Shown here: positions 16,884 through 26,665 of the stretch, piece after piece
How the letters are laid out: the number at the start of each line of letters is the position of its first letter
How positions within the stretch are numbered: position 1 is the stretch's first letter
Source: an uncultured virus (IMG/VR IMGVR_UViG_3300025402_000005)
Taxonomy: Duplodnaviria; Heunggongvirae; Uroviricota; Caudoviricetes
Strand: one strand, 5' to 3'
DNA length: 35,695 bases
IMG/VR virus record: IMGVR_UViG_3300025402_000005
The notes under the pieces: generated by a model
Told to the model about the DNA's origin: nothing
Seen by the model: the letters and a program-made list of their open reading frames with translations, nothing else
Databases searched by the model: none
Program-made: the position numbers and the translations under genes

Positions 16884-17390
16884 ATGACCGCTTCATATCC
16901 AGCTTCCGTAAAGACCTTTACCGTTCACCACGATGTGACGGATACCATCTACGCTGCGGATCCAAATACTATTCAAGATGAAGTAGCAGCTATTGAAACC
17001 ACTCTTGGCTCTACCGCTACAGGAAACAATCCTCTTGTATCAACCACAGTAACATCAGCCAGCACATGGAGCCCCTCAAGCTCTACCTATGCTTCTGTTG
17101 GAGATCGTCTCACTAACATTGAAAAGGGTGTTGCGGGAGATAGTCATGGCGGTCTGTATGTACGCACATCCCCATCTACAACTTACCCTAACGCAGTAAC
17201 CCCAGCAGCTACCACAGTCACAGGTTTGACTATTACAGCTGCCTCTGGACAGTCAGCTAACCTTCAAGAATGGCACAACTCTTCTGGAACCCTAGTCTCC
17301 TTTGTAGACGCAAACGGAAACATTAACGGCGTAAGCTCTGCCGCATCAAACGCGGGTATTCAAGACGTCTTTATGTTAATGGGTTGCTAA
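16884..17390 (+). CDS. Probable virion/fibre-associated protein
   Basis: N-x-IQDEV-x-AIE motif; QSANLQEW module shared with the fibre C-terminus. Confidence 0.7.
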   Translation: MTASYPASVKTFTVHHDVTDTIYAADPNTIQDEVAAIETTLGSTATGNNPLVSTTVTSASTWSPSSSTYASVGDRLTNIEKGVAGDSHGGLYVRTSPSTTYPNAVTPAATTVTGLTITAASGQSANLQEWHNSSGTLVSFVDANGNINGVSSAASNAGIQDVFMLMGC

Positions 17391-17406
17391 TAGTTCTGAC
17401 TAAAGC

Positions 17407-17435
17407 CCGACACTTAGAGGTTTGCTAGATAAACT
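17407..17435 (+). promoter_or_regulatory. Promoter CCGACA-17-TAAACT
   Basis: 17-bp spacing; followed by leader hairpin tgtccca/tgggacg. Confidence 0.45.
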
Positions 17436-17488
17436 TATAATGTCCCAGGCGCATGGGACGTTAAACCCATCTATAGATTGGAAACATA

Positions 17489-18880
17489 ATGGCAGTCATT
17501 CGTGACTCGGGCTACAAGCAAGCTCCTTCTGGAAACGTTGCTGTAGACTTCGTGTGGGGTAATTTCCCATCTCAAACAAACGATGATCGTTCAGGTTCAT
17601 CGATTTCTTACAACGGTACAGGTGGAACCACAGGTTCTGCTGGTTCAGATATTCAAACCGCGGTTGTAACAGCAGCATCTGCTACTGGCGGAACAATCAC
17701 TTACACCTCTGCTAACGAGTTTAACGCAGGTGAAATTGTAACGATTACAGGTCTTCAAGGTTCAGTTGCTATCACGGGCATCACCGCGTCTGCCGGTGTT
17801 GTTACCTACGCAACTGCTTCTACAACTGGTCTTTCAGCCGGTCAAACTATCGTAGTAACTGGAGCATCAACCTCAGCTTACAACGGAACATTGACAATCT
17901 TGGCAGTTAACGCTGGTGTTAGCTTCACTGTAACTTCTGCTGCTACAGGTGCTACCTCAACAGCAACAGGTACTTACACTTCTGCATTTAACCTTTCAGG
18001 CGTAACAATCGCTACAGTTTCCAGCTCACAATTCACCGTAACAAGCGCAGTCACAGACCGTGCTGTTTCAGGTGCTGCAGCTTCAGTAGCTTCTGTTAAC
18101 CTTGAAGTTATTCCGGGAATCGGAGCTGATAAGGGATGGTCAACTACAACTGACTACACCTCAAACCTCTTAACAGAGACCCAACCTACAAAAGCTATCG
18201 GACTCAATTCCTACACCGTTCCAAACGATAACGTCGTTAACGTCTTGAACGGCTACGAGGCATTCCCTAACAACGCCGCTAACAAGACCGCTGGCTTCAA
18301 CCCAGCCGCTACCTTGACTGCCGTTGTAACAGGTGCTTCAGGAAACGGAACAACCGTTACCTATGTCGCTAACAACAACTTCACAACAGGTCAGACAGTA
18401 TCGATCTCAGGTCTTTACAACTACGTCTTGGCGGGGTCCAACCAACCAATCGCTACTGCTGTGTACGCTCCAACTTACACAACTGCTTCTGCGTTCAACC
18501 TTTCAAACGTAACCATTGCATCTGCTACAGCTACTGGCTTCACAGTCACTAACTCAGCTACGGATACAGCTTTGGTTAACACCAACGGAAGCGTCCGCGG
18601 AACAGCGATTGCTACAGTTGCAGCTTCTGCTTCAACAGCAACTGTCCCAACAGTAACAGGTCTCACAACCACTGAGGGTGATCGTCAACTCGGAGTTGCT
18701 AACTTCAACACCGGTACAGTCACCTACACCACTTCAGGTGCTACAGTTGCTAACGCTAACACCGTTTACAGCCAGTCTGTAACAGGTACCCAAACTCTTG
18801 GAACCGCAGTTAACTTGGTTGTCTACAAGCTTGCTGATGCTGCTAACCCAGGAACACAAGCTGGAACCTACACCTACTAA
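17489..18880 (+). CDS. Thr/Ala/Ser/Gly-rich virion surface protein with repeated beta modules and C-terminal PASTA-like domain
   Basis: Three G-[EQ]-x-[IV]-x-[IV]-x-G modules; VP-x-V-x-G...V-x-SQS...G-x-AV-x-LVV; strong codon bias. Confidence 0.7.
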   Translation: MAVIRDSGYKQAPSGNVAVDFVWGNFPSQTNDDRSGSSISYNGTGGTTGSAGSDIQTAVVTAASATGGTITYTSANEFNAGEIVTITGLQGSVAITGITASAGVVTYATASTTGLSAGQTIVVTGASTSAYNGTLTILAVNAGVSFTVTSAATGATSTATGTYTSAFNLSGVTIATVSSSQFTVTSAVTDRAVSGAAASVASVNLEVIPGIGADKGWSTTTDYTSNLLTETQPTKAIGLNSYTVPNDNVVNVLNGYEAFPNNAANKTAGFNPAATLTAVVTGASGNGTTVTYVANNNFTTGQTVSISGLYNYVLAGSNQPIATAVYAPTYTTASAFNLSNVTIASATATGFTVTNSATDTALVNTNGSVRGTAIATVAASASTATVPTVTGLTTTEGDRQLGVANFNTGTVTYTTSGATVANANTVYSQSVTGTQTLGTAVNLVVYKLADAANPGTQAGTYTY

Positions 18881-18887
18881 TAGTTAG

Positions 18888-18921
18888 AAAAGAAGCCCCT
18901 CGCTTTCGCGGGGGGCTTTTT
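18888..18921. terminator. Bidirectional intrinsic terminator between convergent genes
   Basis: aaaagaagcccctcgc-tttc-gcggggggcttttt. Confidence 0.85.
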
Positions 18922-19203
18922 CTATGCCACTCTTTTATTTCTAGCCGTTCTTATGTCTTCTCGTTGCCACTCATTGGTACCTGCCCACACCCCAACTAAC
19001 TCGGGATGAACGATGGCATACTCTAGGCAAGGCTCCTTAAACTCACACGACGCGCATAGTTTACGCGCCGTATTAAGGGTTAGTCTAGGGTTTTCCGAAT
19101 CGTCGGGGAAAAAGATCTCTGGATCTACCTGAGCACATACTTGAGTCCCATCAAATAGAGGGGCTTTAATACCAGCTGTGCTTCTTCCAGAACGTCCAAG
19201 CAT
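18922..19203 (-). CDS. whiB: WhiB-family Fe-S transcription factor
   Basis: C-x3-DPE-x-FFP...A-xx-C-xx-C-x5-CLEYA...GVWAG. Confidence 0.95.
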   Translation of the reverse strand: MLGRSGRSTAGIKAPLFDGTQVCAQVDPEIFFPDDSENPRLTLNTARKLCASCEFKEPCLEYAIVHPELVGVWAGTNEWQREDIRTARNKRVA

Positions 19204-19702
19204 TACAAACACTCCCATATCTCTTGTCGATGTAGTGTAGTCCGTATTTAATTTGTAATAATGCTACAGGTGTTTTCGTAAGATTATAATTGCCCCACGT
19301 AGAAGGCAAAAATTGGGCTATCCCAAAAGCGTGAGAACTCATGTTAAGCGCTTTAGGGTTGAAGTGGCTTTCTGATGTCCAAAGGTTATTTAAGCACTTC
19401 CAGTCAGCCATTGACTTCCCTGAGGCGTACTCTGTAAGGAATGCGATGGTCTGCGGATCAAAATACTTAACATATGGGCTGGACAAGGCTTCCTTAGCCC
19501 CAGACCTTGTAACCTTAAGGTTTACATTATTAAGGGCTACAGATACATCCTTCTCCTCGTATGCCATCTTGAACTTAGGAACTGATATAGGGGTAGCTTG
19601 TGCAGCTGGGGACAGAACCTGACTCCAGACTATGAGAATGGCACTCGCCACTCTAGCTACTTTCTTCACGTCGATCGTAAAGTTAACTCTGATATTAAGC
19701 AT
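19166..19702 (-). CDS. Secreted lytic transglycosylase (SLT-like) with N-terminal signal/TM
   Basis: CL-xx-LW-xx-ES-x-FNP-x-A-x-N-x-SS-x-A-x-GI-x-Q...QI-xx-GL-x-YI-xx-RYG-xx-C-x-AW. Confidence 0.9.
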   Translation of the reverse strand: MLNIRVNFTIDVKKVARVASAILIVWSQVLSPAAQATPISVPKFKMAYEEKDVSVALNNVNLKVTRSGAKEALSSPYVKYFDPQTIAFLTEYASGKSMADWKCLNNLWTSESHFNPKALNMSSHAFGIAQFLPSTWGNYNLTKTPVALLQIKYGLHYIDKRYGSVCNAWTFWKKHSWY

Positions 19703-19920
19703 CACTGCTCCTCTCAGTAAACAAAAGAGAGTCATTACTGACCCCCTCATACTCTATGAAACACTAGAGTTACAGAGTGTGTCAACTCTTAAGTACAATT
19801 TGTGCGGAAAAATAATAAAAAGTGCTCTAAACTTATTAAAAATTGTACATTTTGTGGCATTTATCACGGACAACGACCTCTTCTCTTCATATAAGTCCTC
19901 TATTGAGAATTGGTTTGACA

Positions 19921-20244
19921 ATGGACATAGCAACTGTTACAGGCACAGCAGCATCCGTTTCCGTCGTTGGAGGTGTTTTTTTGGGCATTGCCCGCAGAAT
20001 CCTTAAGAGCCACACGCAAGATTTAGTAAAAGAGTATCTATCTGAATTAAAAGAGAACTCAAAAGAGTTGAAGCCCAACCATGGCAGTTCGCTGAATGAC
20101 ATCGTAAAGCTTCAAGTCCTTCCGATCCTTAAGAAGTTGGATAGAGGGCAGGATGAAATTAGAGATGAACAGACTGAGATAAAAGTCAATGTCGCCCGTT
20201 TAGAGGGTCGATTTGATCAATATGTGGAGGAGAACAAAGAGTAA
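19921..20244 (+). CDS. Single-TM membrane protein with coiled coil (lysis-cluster associated)
   Basis: N-terminal hydrophobic helix; LKPN-x-GSSL-x-D motif. Confidence 0.7.
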   Translation: MDIATVTGTAASVSVVGGVFLGIARRILKSHTQDLVKEYLSELKENSKELKPNHGSSLNDIVKLQVLPILKKLDRGQDEIRDEQTEIKVNVARLEGRFDQYVEENKE

Positions 20245-20726
20245 TGGCCTACGAACCTCGTATAGGAGATTACGGAGTAGTAAAGACTAACGGGTTCTTT
20301 GGAAAGTTAATCCGAGTAGGTACTCTATCTCGATGGAATCACGCCTTCATTTACATCGGTGACGGTTTAATTGTTGAGGCTACTCCTCTTGGCGTAGTCA
20401 TTAGTAAAGCCTCTAAGTATGAGGTTATCGGCTGGAACCAGCATGAAGGTCTAACCGAAGCCCAAAGAAAGCTCATTGCTACTGAGGCTAAGCGCCTTGT
20501 AGGAAAAGGGTACGGCTTCCTAGACATCGCTAACCTAGTCCTTAGGATCTTGGGATTAAAGGTTCTTGCCAGCACTAAGCTTCTAGAGAAAATGGCACAA
20601 CGATACGGAGTTATTTGCTCTGAGCTCGTAGCCCTAGCGTATGACGCTGCAAAAATAGAGTTATGTAACAAGCCCGCAAACATCGTAACCCCGGGTGATC
20701 TAGCGGAAAGGTTAATCTACCAGTGA
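20244..20726 (+). CDS. Permuted papain-like NlpC/P60 (YiiX/YaeF) enzyme
   Basis: GD...W-x-HA-x-IY-x-G...VEA...G-x-x-Y...ICSELVA-x-AY...TPGDL. Confidence 0.85.
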   Translation: MAYEPRIGDYGVVKTNGFFGKLIRVGTLSRWNHAFIYIGDGLIVEATPLGVVISKASKYEVIGWNQHEGLTEAQRKLIATEAKRLVGKGYGFLDIANLVLRILGLKVLASTKLLEKMAQRYGVICSELVALAYDAAKIELCNKPANIVTPGDLAERLIYQ

Positions 20727-21595
20727 CCGCAGGCGTAGACATCGTAAACATTGCTCGTACTCAACTTGGCTTTGTAGAAGGCCCTAACAACGAGAACCCA
20801 TACGGAACTTGGTACGAAATCCCAAATGAATCGTACTGCGCCATGGGCGTAAGCTGGGTGTTTGCTCAGGCAAACGCCTCTCACCTTGTTGCGGCTCAAA
20901 CTCCTAAGGGCTTTGCTTATTGTCCTGCTGGGTTAACTTGGTTTCAAAAGAACAAGAGAGTTATTGATAAGTACTCTGCCCTTCCTGGGGACATTGTGTT
21001 TTTCTCTTGGTCCGGTAACGGCGTAGCCGATCACGTAGAGATCGTTGAAGCGGCCTCTAAAGACGGGCTAACAACAATCGGTTTCAACACCGGTCCTGAG
21101 AGTTATACAGGTAACCAAGCAAATGGTGATGGTTGCTACCGTCGTCATCGACCTTACCTTTATGTTTTGGCTATCTGCCGCCCTGCTTATACAAAAAGTT
21201 CAGCACCTACATCTTCTCTTAGTCAGAACAAGCTTGTTGCAGGAGGAGTAGCTGGTGCTACTGCGCTAACAGGCGGAGGCGTTGCTGCTATCCATAATGC
21301 GAATGGTACTTCCACCCCTGTTCCTACAAAGCCACCTACTGTAATTGTCGCTCCGCCTTTCCCAGGCACTTCTGCCTTCAAGGTTGGGGAAAAAGGAAAA
21401 GTAGAGTTAGTTGTAGCTAAGGCTCTGGCTAACGCTGGCTTAATGCCCGCCAACTTGGTGTCCAGTGTTCTAACAGAAGAAGAAATCGCGCTTATACCTG
21501 TTTATCAAAGCTTGTATCCAGGACTAAAGAAGTCCAAGGGTAAAGGCATTGATGCGGCAACCTACACCTCTATGGTAGCTAAGGCTAATGAATGA
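20723..21595 (+). CDS. CHAP-domain endolysin
   Basis: A-xx-QLG-xx-E...YCAM-x-VSW...PGDIVFFSW...DHV-x-IV. Confidence 0.85.
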   Translation: MTAGVDIVNIARTQLGFVEGPNNENPYGTWYEIPNESYCAMGVSWVFAQANASHLVAAQTPKGFAYCPAGLTWFQKNKRVIDKYSALPGDIVFFSWSGNGVADHVEIVEAASKDGLTTIGFNTGPESYTGNQANGDGCYRRHRPYLYVLAICRPAYTKSSAPTSSLSQNKLVAGGVAGATALTGGGVAAIHNANGTSTPVPTKPPTVIVAPPFPGTSAFKVGEKGKVELVVAKALANAGLMPANLVSSVLTEEEIALIPVYQSLYPGLKKSKGKGIDAATYTSMVAKANE

Positions 21596-21915
21596 GATTA
21601 TTTCAAAAAGTGTCTGACTGGGCTGCTATATCTTTTGGCTCCCCTTTGTTCTTTGTATTCCATATAGTGTGGTGGAGCGCTTGGGTTTTGATACCTATAG
21701 AGCCATTTCCTTTTGGTTTACTAACACTTATTGTGTCTTTGGAGTCAATCCTGTTATCAGGGTTAATCTTGAATGCGACTAACCGCTCAGGCGACGAAGA
21801 TAGGCGTATAATTACTAAAGACCTAAGATTAGATCAGGAGACCCACAATCACATTGAGGAGCTCCGACATCACGTAAAAGAGATATTGGGGTACATACGT
21901 GGGGATAAAGCTTAA
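21592..21915 (+). CDS. DUF1003-like membrane protein
   Basis: FGS-xx-F...W...PFPF-x-LL-x-L-x-VSLE-x-I-x-LS-xx-IL. Confidence 0.8.
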   Translation: MRLFQKVSDWAAISFGSPLFFVFHIVWWSAWVLIPIEPFPFGLLTLIVSLESILLSGLILNATNRSGDEDRRIITKDLRLDQETHNHIEELRHHVKEILGYIRGDKA

Positions 21916-22442
21916 TTTTAGTAGTCCTGCCCATCTAGCCATCGCTGGCTCAGCGGGGTTGGCTACTTGGGCTGCCACTGGGTATTCCACAGACCCAAAG
22001 CACTTGGTAGCGGTTGCCACAGCGTCCTTAGCCGGTGTATCATCTCATACGTCGGATATGTCGTCACCTAATGTGTCGGCGGATTCCCACATAGTAACGC
22101 CATACGCCAACAACATAGAGGAGTAAGACAGTGGCTAAATTCACTCAATCAGAGAAGGCTCTTGTAGAGCATTACGTATATGCAACAGCAGCATCTGCTG
22201 TAGCTATCTGGCAAACCGGAAATCACTCAGTGAAGCATGTCCTTTGGGCTGCTGTTCTTGGTGTAGTCGGTCCTTTGCTGGCTAAGTTTAACCCAAAGGG
22301 TGTTGTAGGAGAGCTCTCTAAGAAGGAGCACCTAGACGCAATTACCACCGCTGCTATTACAAATGTAGCAACTGTTGCTGTAGCTGATGCTCAAAAGGCT
22401 GTAGCTAAAGCTGCTGTAGAGGCTAACGCTTCTAAAAACTAA
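21899..22442 (+). CDS. Two small hydrophobic holin-like proteins (21899-22126; 22131-22442)
   Basis: Two short TM segments each; directly downstream of the endolysin. Confidence 0.55.
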
Positions 22443-22457
22443 TTAGTACTTACAGAG

Positions 22458-22481
22458 AGCACCCCTTCGGGGGTGCTTTTT
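22458..22481 (+). terminator. Intrinsic terminator (UUCG loop)
   Basis: agcacccc-ttcg-ggggtgct-tttt. Confidence 0.9.
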
Positions 22482-22522
22482 GCTATACTTGAAGCACGAG
22501 AAAAATACTCTAGGAGAACAAT

Positions 22523-23018
22523 ATGAAGTGCGATAACTGTTCAAACGATGCCGTATACACCCATGCCGAACCTGGAGTAAGCTCGGCTCATTACTGCAAC
22601 AACTGCCTACCACATTGGCTTAGTGAGCGAGCGATCGCCGGTCATTTCCCCTTGCTTACCCCAGAAGTAGACATCCCAGAACCTGAGGTAGTAAGGCCTT
22701 CTAAGAAAAAGACTGTTGCACCCGTAGATGCAACTCCTGCCGAAGAGTCGGCGCCAAGTGAGAATAATTAAGCATCAAGCTAAACAAGTACATTACGTCC
22801 CAGACAGAGTAGTGTCCCCTAGAGGACCGTTCCCGCGGGAATTATTTGATGAGCCAGAGATCATAGTTTCTCAGCCAGCGTATAGTGAAGACGGGTCTGA
22901 CTACGAATTAGGCGCTACCGCTCAAAATAACTACAGAGCCCCTAAGTATCTTCACTGCGGATCTTGTTATTCAAGAGTACTAGAGACCGAGACTGAAAAC
23001 CACGTTTGCGAGGAGTAA
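22523..23018 (+). CDS. Two Cys-containing hypothetical proteins (22523-22771; 22758-23018)
   Basis: CxxC pairs; SD and coupling. Confidence 0.7.
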
Positions 23019-23515
23019 TGGCTAGGAGAGCAGATAATTACTATTCTCGTAGGCAAGCTTACGAAGAGCAGACGGGTAATAAAACCTACAACATTTTAGA
23101 GAGCATGAAAATTGCTCTTGACAAGCCAACTGATTGGGATGTCTCAATACCAAGTGAGCTCTCTAATGTCGGAGTAGAGACTGAGACCGCGCCTACTCAA
23201 CAACCCTCTAGACCTAGAGCTCTTACTATTGCCTATAATCCAAACACTAAAGTTGTCTACATAGTGTTTAGAACTAATCACTGGCACCAATACAATGATG
23301 TTTCTACTGATATTTGGCTAGGCTTAAAGGGAAGCCCTTCTACAAATGATTACTTGCCAACTTTAGAGGGTAATTGCTCGTCACATCATGCGGCTAACGT
23401 CGGAGATCTATCTGCTGGTACACTTGCTCGTTTGAGCGAAAGCGCAGCCAGAGCTCAGACTATGCAAAAAGGCAAGTTGAATAATTGGAAAGCAAAAGAC
23501 TTTTTTAAGGATTAA
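23018..23515 (+). CDS. KTSC-like domain protein
   Basis: I-x-YNP-xx-x-x-x-I-x-F...Y-x-DV...W-xx-L-xx-SPS. Confidence 0.65.
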   Translation: MARRADNYYSRRQAYEEQTGNKTYNILESMKIALDKPTDWDVSIPSELSNVGVETETAPTQQPSRPRALTIAYNPNTKVVYIVFRTNHWHQYNDVSTDIWLGLKGSPSTNDYLPTLEGNCSSHHAANVGDLSAGTLARLSESAARAQTMQKGKLNNWKAKDFFKD

Positions 23516-23517
23516 TA

Positions 23518-24052
23518 ATGAAATCATCTATGAAGACCGCCGGACCTATTTACGGCGGAGTCCTTCGGTACTGGCATAAAAGCTTTTTACCAATACTTGA
23601 AATTGGATCCACCCAAGAAACCGAATACCCTTTTAGAAAGGGTAAGTGCTTGGTATTCCGAGTACCCTTCACCACTCCCGGGTTCTACCTAGGAATGTGG
23701 GTCAGCCGTCCATCCGTTAATCGAGATGACGACGACGCTATTGATAGAATCCTGCAAGATGCGCTAAGATCTAGGGTTGCTTGGAAGCCTGAAGATGGGA
23801 TGTATGATGAGTTTTTTCAAGAATAAGAAGGCGTGGGATAAGCCCTTTTCAGAGAAAGTGGCTAGGCGGGTATCCCGCGTCCCTACAGGAGACATAGAGC
23901 AATGGACGGATCAATCTCTTTATGAGATCGGTAGGTGCTTGTCTCATTACGCAAAGACTAGAGACGAACGCTATGTTGAAGAGGCACTCACTGGTGCAGA
24001 AGTTCTACACGCTATGGTAAACGAATTGCATACACGCGTGACACGCCGATAA
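23518..24052 (+). CDS. Two conserved hypothetical proteins upstream of terminase (23518-23826; 23804-24052)
   Basis: Coupled ORFs; the second could be a small terminase, judged by position only. Confidence 0.65.
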
Positions 24053-24173
24053 ATAGATTTGTCGACATTTGTGATACACTAATACTGCCGCGTTCTTCTC
24101 TTCCCGTAGGTGGCGTCAGAGAGTCTGGGATCAACCTCCCAGACTTTCTGCTTAAAACTAAATTAGGATCACA

Positions 24174-25754
24174 GTGAGCAACGACCCAGTATTAGATGAT
24201 GAAGAGTTCATCCCTGACGAGTATGATCAGGACGACGATCTGCCTCCAGAGGAGGAAGATGAGTTAGATGAGCTCTCCAAGGAGTTTGTCAAAAAGCTAG
24301 TAGACCGCTGTATTCAGTTCATCGAAGCCCTCTCTGGACACCCTTTTCACCCCTATCAATTACCCCTCGCTAGACGTATTGTTGAGTCAGTAATCATCAA
24401 TGACGGCGAGGAGATCACCGCTCTCGCGTCTCGTCAGTCAGGTAAGTCAGAGACAGTAGCTAACACAGTAGCTGGGCTGATGGTTCTTCTTCCCCGCTTA
24501 GCCCAGATGTACCCAGATCTGTTAAGTAAGTTTAAAGACGGAATTATGATCGGTATGTTCGCACCGGTCGAGACACAGGTTGAAACTCTCTTCGGTCGTA
24601 CAGTAGACCGCCTTACCAGTGAGCGTGCCCTTGAGATCTTAGGTGACCCAGAGATTGACGATAGCTTAGGTAAAGTTGCTGGCGTTACTCGTCAGATTAG
24701 ACTAAAGAAGTCCCGCTCTAGCCTAACCATGATGACTGCTAACCCCCGGGCTAAGATCGAATCTAAGACCTTCCATCTTATTATTATCGATGAGTGTCAA
24801 GAAGCTGATGACTTTGTAGTTTCTAAATCTATCTCTCCTATGTTGGCTTCCACTGCTGGAACAATGGTTAAGACTGGAACCCCAACCACACATAAGAATA
24901 ACTTCTACAGATCCATTCAGCTCAACCGTCGTCGTCAGACCTCCCGCAGTAGACAGAACCACTTTGAGTGGGACTGGCGTGATGTAGCCAAGGTCAACAC
25001 AAACTACGGCAAGTTTATTAAAAAAGAAATGTTGCGCATTGGTGAGGACTCCGACGAGTTCCAGATGTCATACAACTGCAAGTGGCTTCTTGAGCGCGGT
25101 ATGTTCGTTACCTCTACTGTGCTAGATGAGCTTGGCGATACATCCATGGAGACACAAAAGGCTTGGTATAAGACCCCTGTAGTAGTGGGCATCGACCCCG
25201 CCCGTAAGATTGACTCTACAGTAGTAACAGTTGTCTGGGTTGACTGGAACCGCCCAGACGAGTTTGGTTACTACGACCACCGTATCCTTAACTGGTTAGA
25301 GTTGCAGGGTGATGACTGGGAGAACCAGTACTTCCAGATTAGAGAGTTCCTATCAAACTATGACGTGCTCTCTGTTGGCGTAGACGCAAATGGTGTCGGA
25401 GATGCAGTGGCCCAGCGCCTTAAGATCCTCCTCCCTAACGCAGAGGTTTACTCGATAGGTAGTAGCCAACAAGAGCAATCTAAGCGGTGGAAGCACTTAA
25501 AGGCGCTTATTGATCGTCGCATGATTAGCTGGCCTGCTCATGCAAAGACTCGTCGCCTGCGCACATGGCGCAGATTCAAACAACAGATGGAAGACCTAGA
25601 GACTAAGTTCACTGGTCCTAACTTTTTGGCCCACGCTCCTGATGAAGCCCACGCCCACGATGACTACGCAGATAGCCTAGCTCTCGCCTGCTCTTTAACT
25701 ATGGATCTAACACTGCCTCAAGTTGAAGTATCCAGCTCACCCTTTTTTCGTTGA
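24174..25754 (+). CDS. terL: Terminase large subunit
   Basis: Walker A SRQSGKS, Walker B IIIDE, TGTP coupling motif, RNase H acidic motifs GIDP, DANGVG, HDDYADS. Confidence 0.95.
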   Translation: MSNDPVLDDEEFIPDEYDQDDDLPPEEEDELDELSKEFVKKLVDRCIQFIEALSGHPFHPYQLPLARRIVESVIINDGEEITALASRQSGKSETVANTVAGLMVLLPRLAQMYPDLLSKFKDGIMIGMFAPVETQVETLFGRTVDRLTSERALEILGDPEIDDSLGKVAGVTRQIRLKKSRSSLTMMTANPRAKIESKTFHLIIIDECQEADDFVVSKSISPMLASTAGTMVKTGTPTTHKNNFYRSIQLNRRRQTSRSRQNHFEWDWRDVAKVNTNYGKFIKKEMLRIGEDSDEFQMSYNCKWLLERGMFVTSTVLDELGDTSMETQKAWYKTPVVVGIDPARKIDSTVVTVVWVDWNRPDEFGYYDHRILNWLELQGDDWENQYFQIREFLSNYDVLSVGVDANGVGDAVAQRLKILLPNAEVYSIGSSQQEQSKRWKHLKALIDRRMISWPAHAKTRRLRTWRRFKQQMEDLETKFTGPNFLAHAPDEAHAHDDYADSLALACSLTMDLTLPQVEVSSSPFFR

Positions 25755-25828
25755 GACTTTACGCTGACTACACAGGTTCTTTGTAGCACACTGTTCTATG
25801 AGGTACCTCAACCTATAAGGAGTTATAA

Positions 25829-26227
25829 ATGGCACTTGCACCAGACCCAAAGTTCCCAGAGCGCCCAGGAAACGTTTACGATCGTAAAGTTTCTGCCGCT
25901 TCTGCCGGACAACGTGGACCACTTCGCTTTGAAGAGGGTATCGCAACTGATACCGACGTCCCACAAGAGTTTTCAAAGGGCGCTATGCAGGGTTACATCC
26001 CAGCAGCTGGTCGTCCAAACCGCAATCAGAATGTATTCGAGAAGCTTCCAGAAGAGACAATGCGTGAACGCGCACACGTCGGTTCTGCATCTTGGGTAGA
26101 AGCACCTGATCATCTAACAGAGTTTGCCTCTGGCGCTTTCGCTGATCATGGCGACAACCGCATTGAAGAAGTTACTCGTAGTGGCGCCAACCAAAAGGCT
26201 GGCAACGCTTCAGTAGTCCGCGACTAA
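25829..26227 (+). CDS. Conserved virion-associated protein
   Basis: LRFEEG-x-ATDTDVP...ERAHVGSA-x-W motif; AAGGAG SD; lies between terL and portal. Confidence 0.8.
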   Translation: MALAPDPKFPERPGNVYDRKVSAASAGQRGPLRFEEGIATDTDVPQEFSKGAMQGYIPAAGRPNRNQNVFEKLPEETMRERAHVGSASWVEAPDHLTEFASGAFADHGDNRIEEVTRSGANQKAGNASVVRD

Positions 26228-26290
26228 TAAATTAGACGACCGACCCCTGACCCTAAAGGTTGGGGGTTGGGACCTATCTAAGGATTAATA

Positions 26291-26602
26291 ATGGCACTCA
26301 TCCGCGGTAAAGAAGTTAAAGAGGGTCCTAAGCAGCTCCCAGCTAATCCACGCCTGTACAACATGGTGGTGGTTCAAGCTAAATCCCGTTTCTCTAAATA
26401 CCCATCCCCTGCTGCTGCTCACTGGGTTCACACTCATTACCTTCAGCTGGGTGGAAAATTCGTTGACTCTAAAAAAGATATAGACCCAAGAAACCGCGAC
26501 AGAGTTCAAGATGCCATTGATAAGAAAAAAGAAGACATGAAAAAGAAAGTTACTCATCCAGTAGGTAGAAACGTAATTGCTGGAGAGCACTTTAAGTACT
26601 GA
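26291..26602 (+). CDS. Basic hypothetical protein (PS-x-AA-x-x-WV-xx-x-Y-xx-xGG)
   Basis: ORF with SD. Confidence 0.75.
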   Translation: MALIRGKEVKEGPKQLPANPRLYNMVVVQAKSRFSKYPSPAAAHWVHTHYLQLGGKFVDSKKDIDPRNRDRVQDAIDKKKEDMKKKVTHPVGRNVIAGEHFKY

Positions 26603-26665
26603 GTGTCGTTTTATATATTTGTCGACAATTATGTTATTATTGATAGTCTTTACGGAAAGAGGTGA

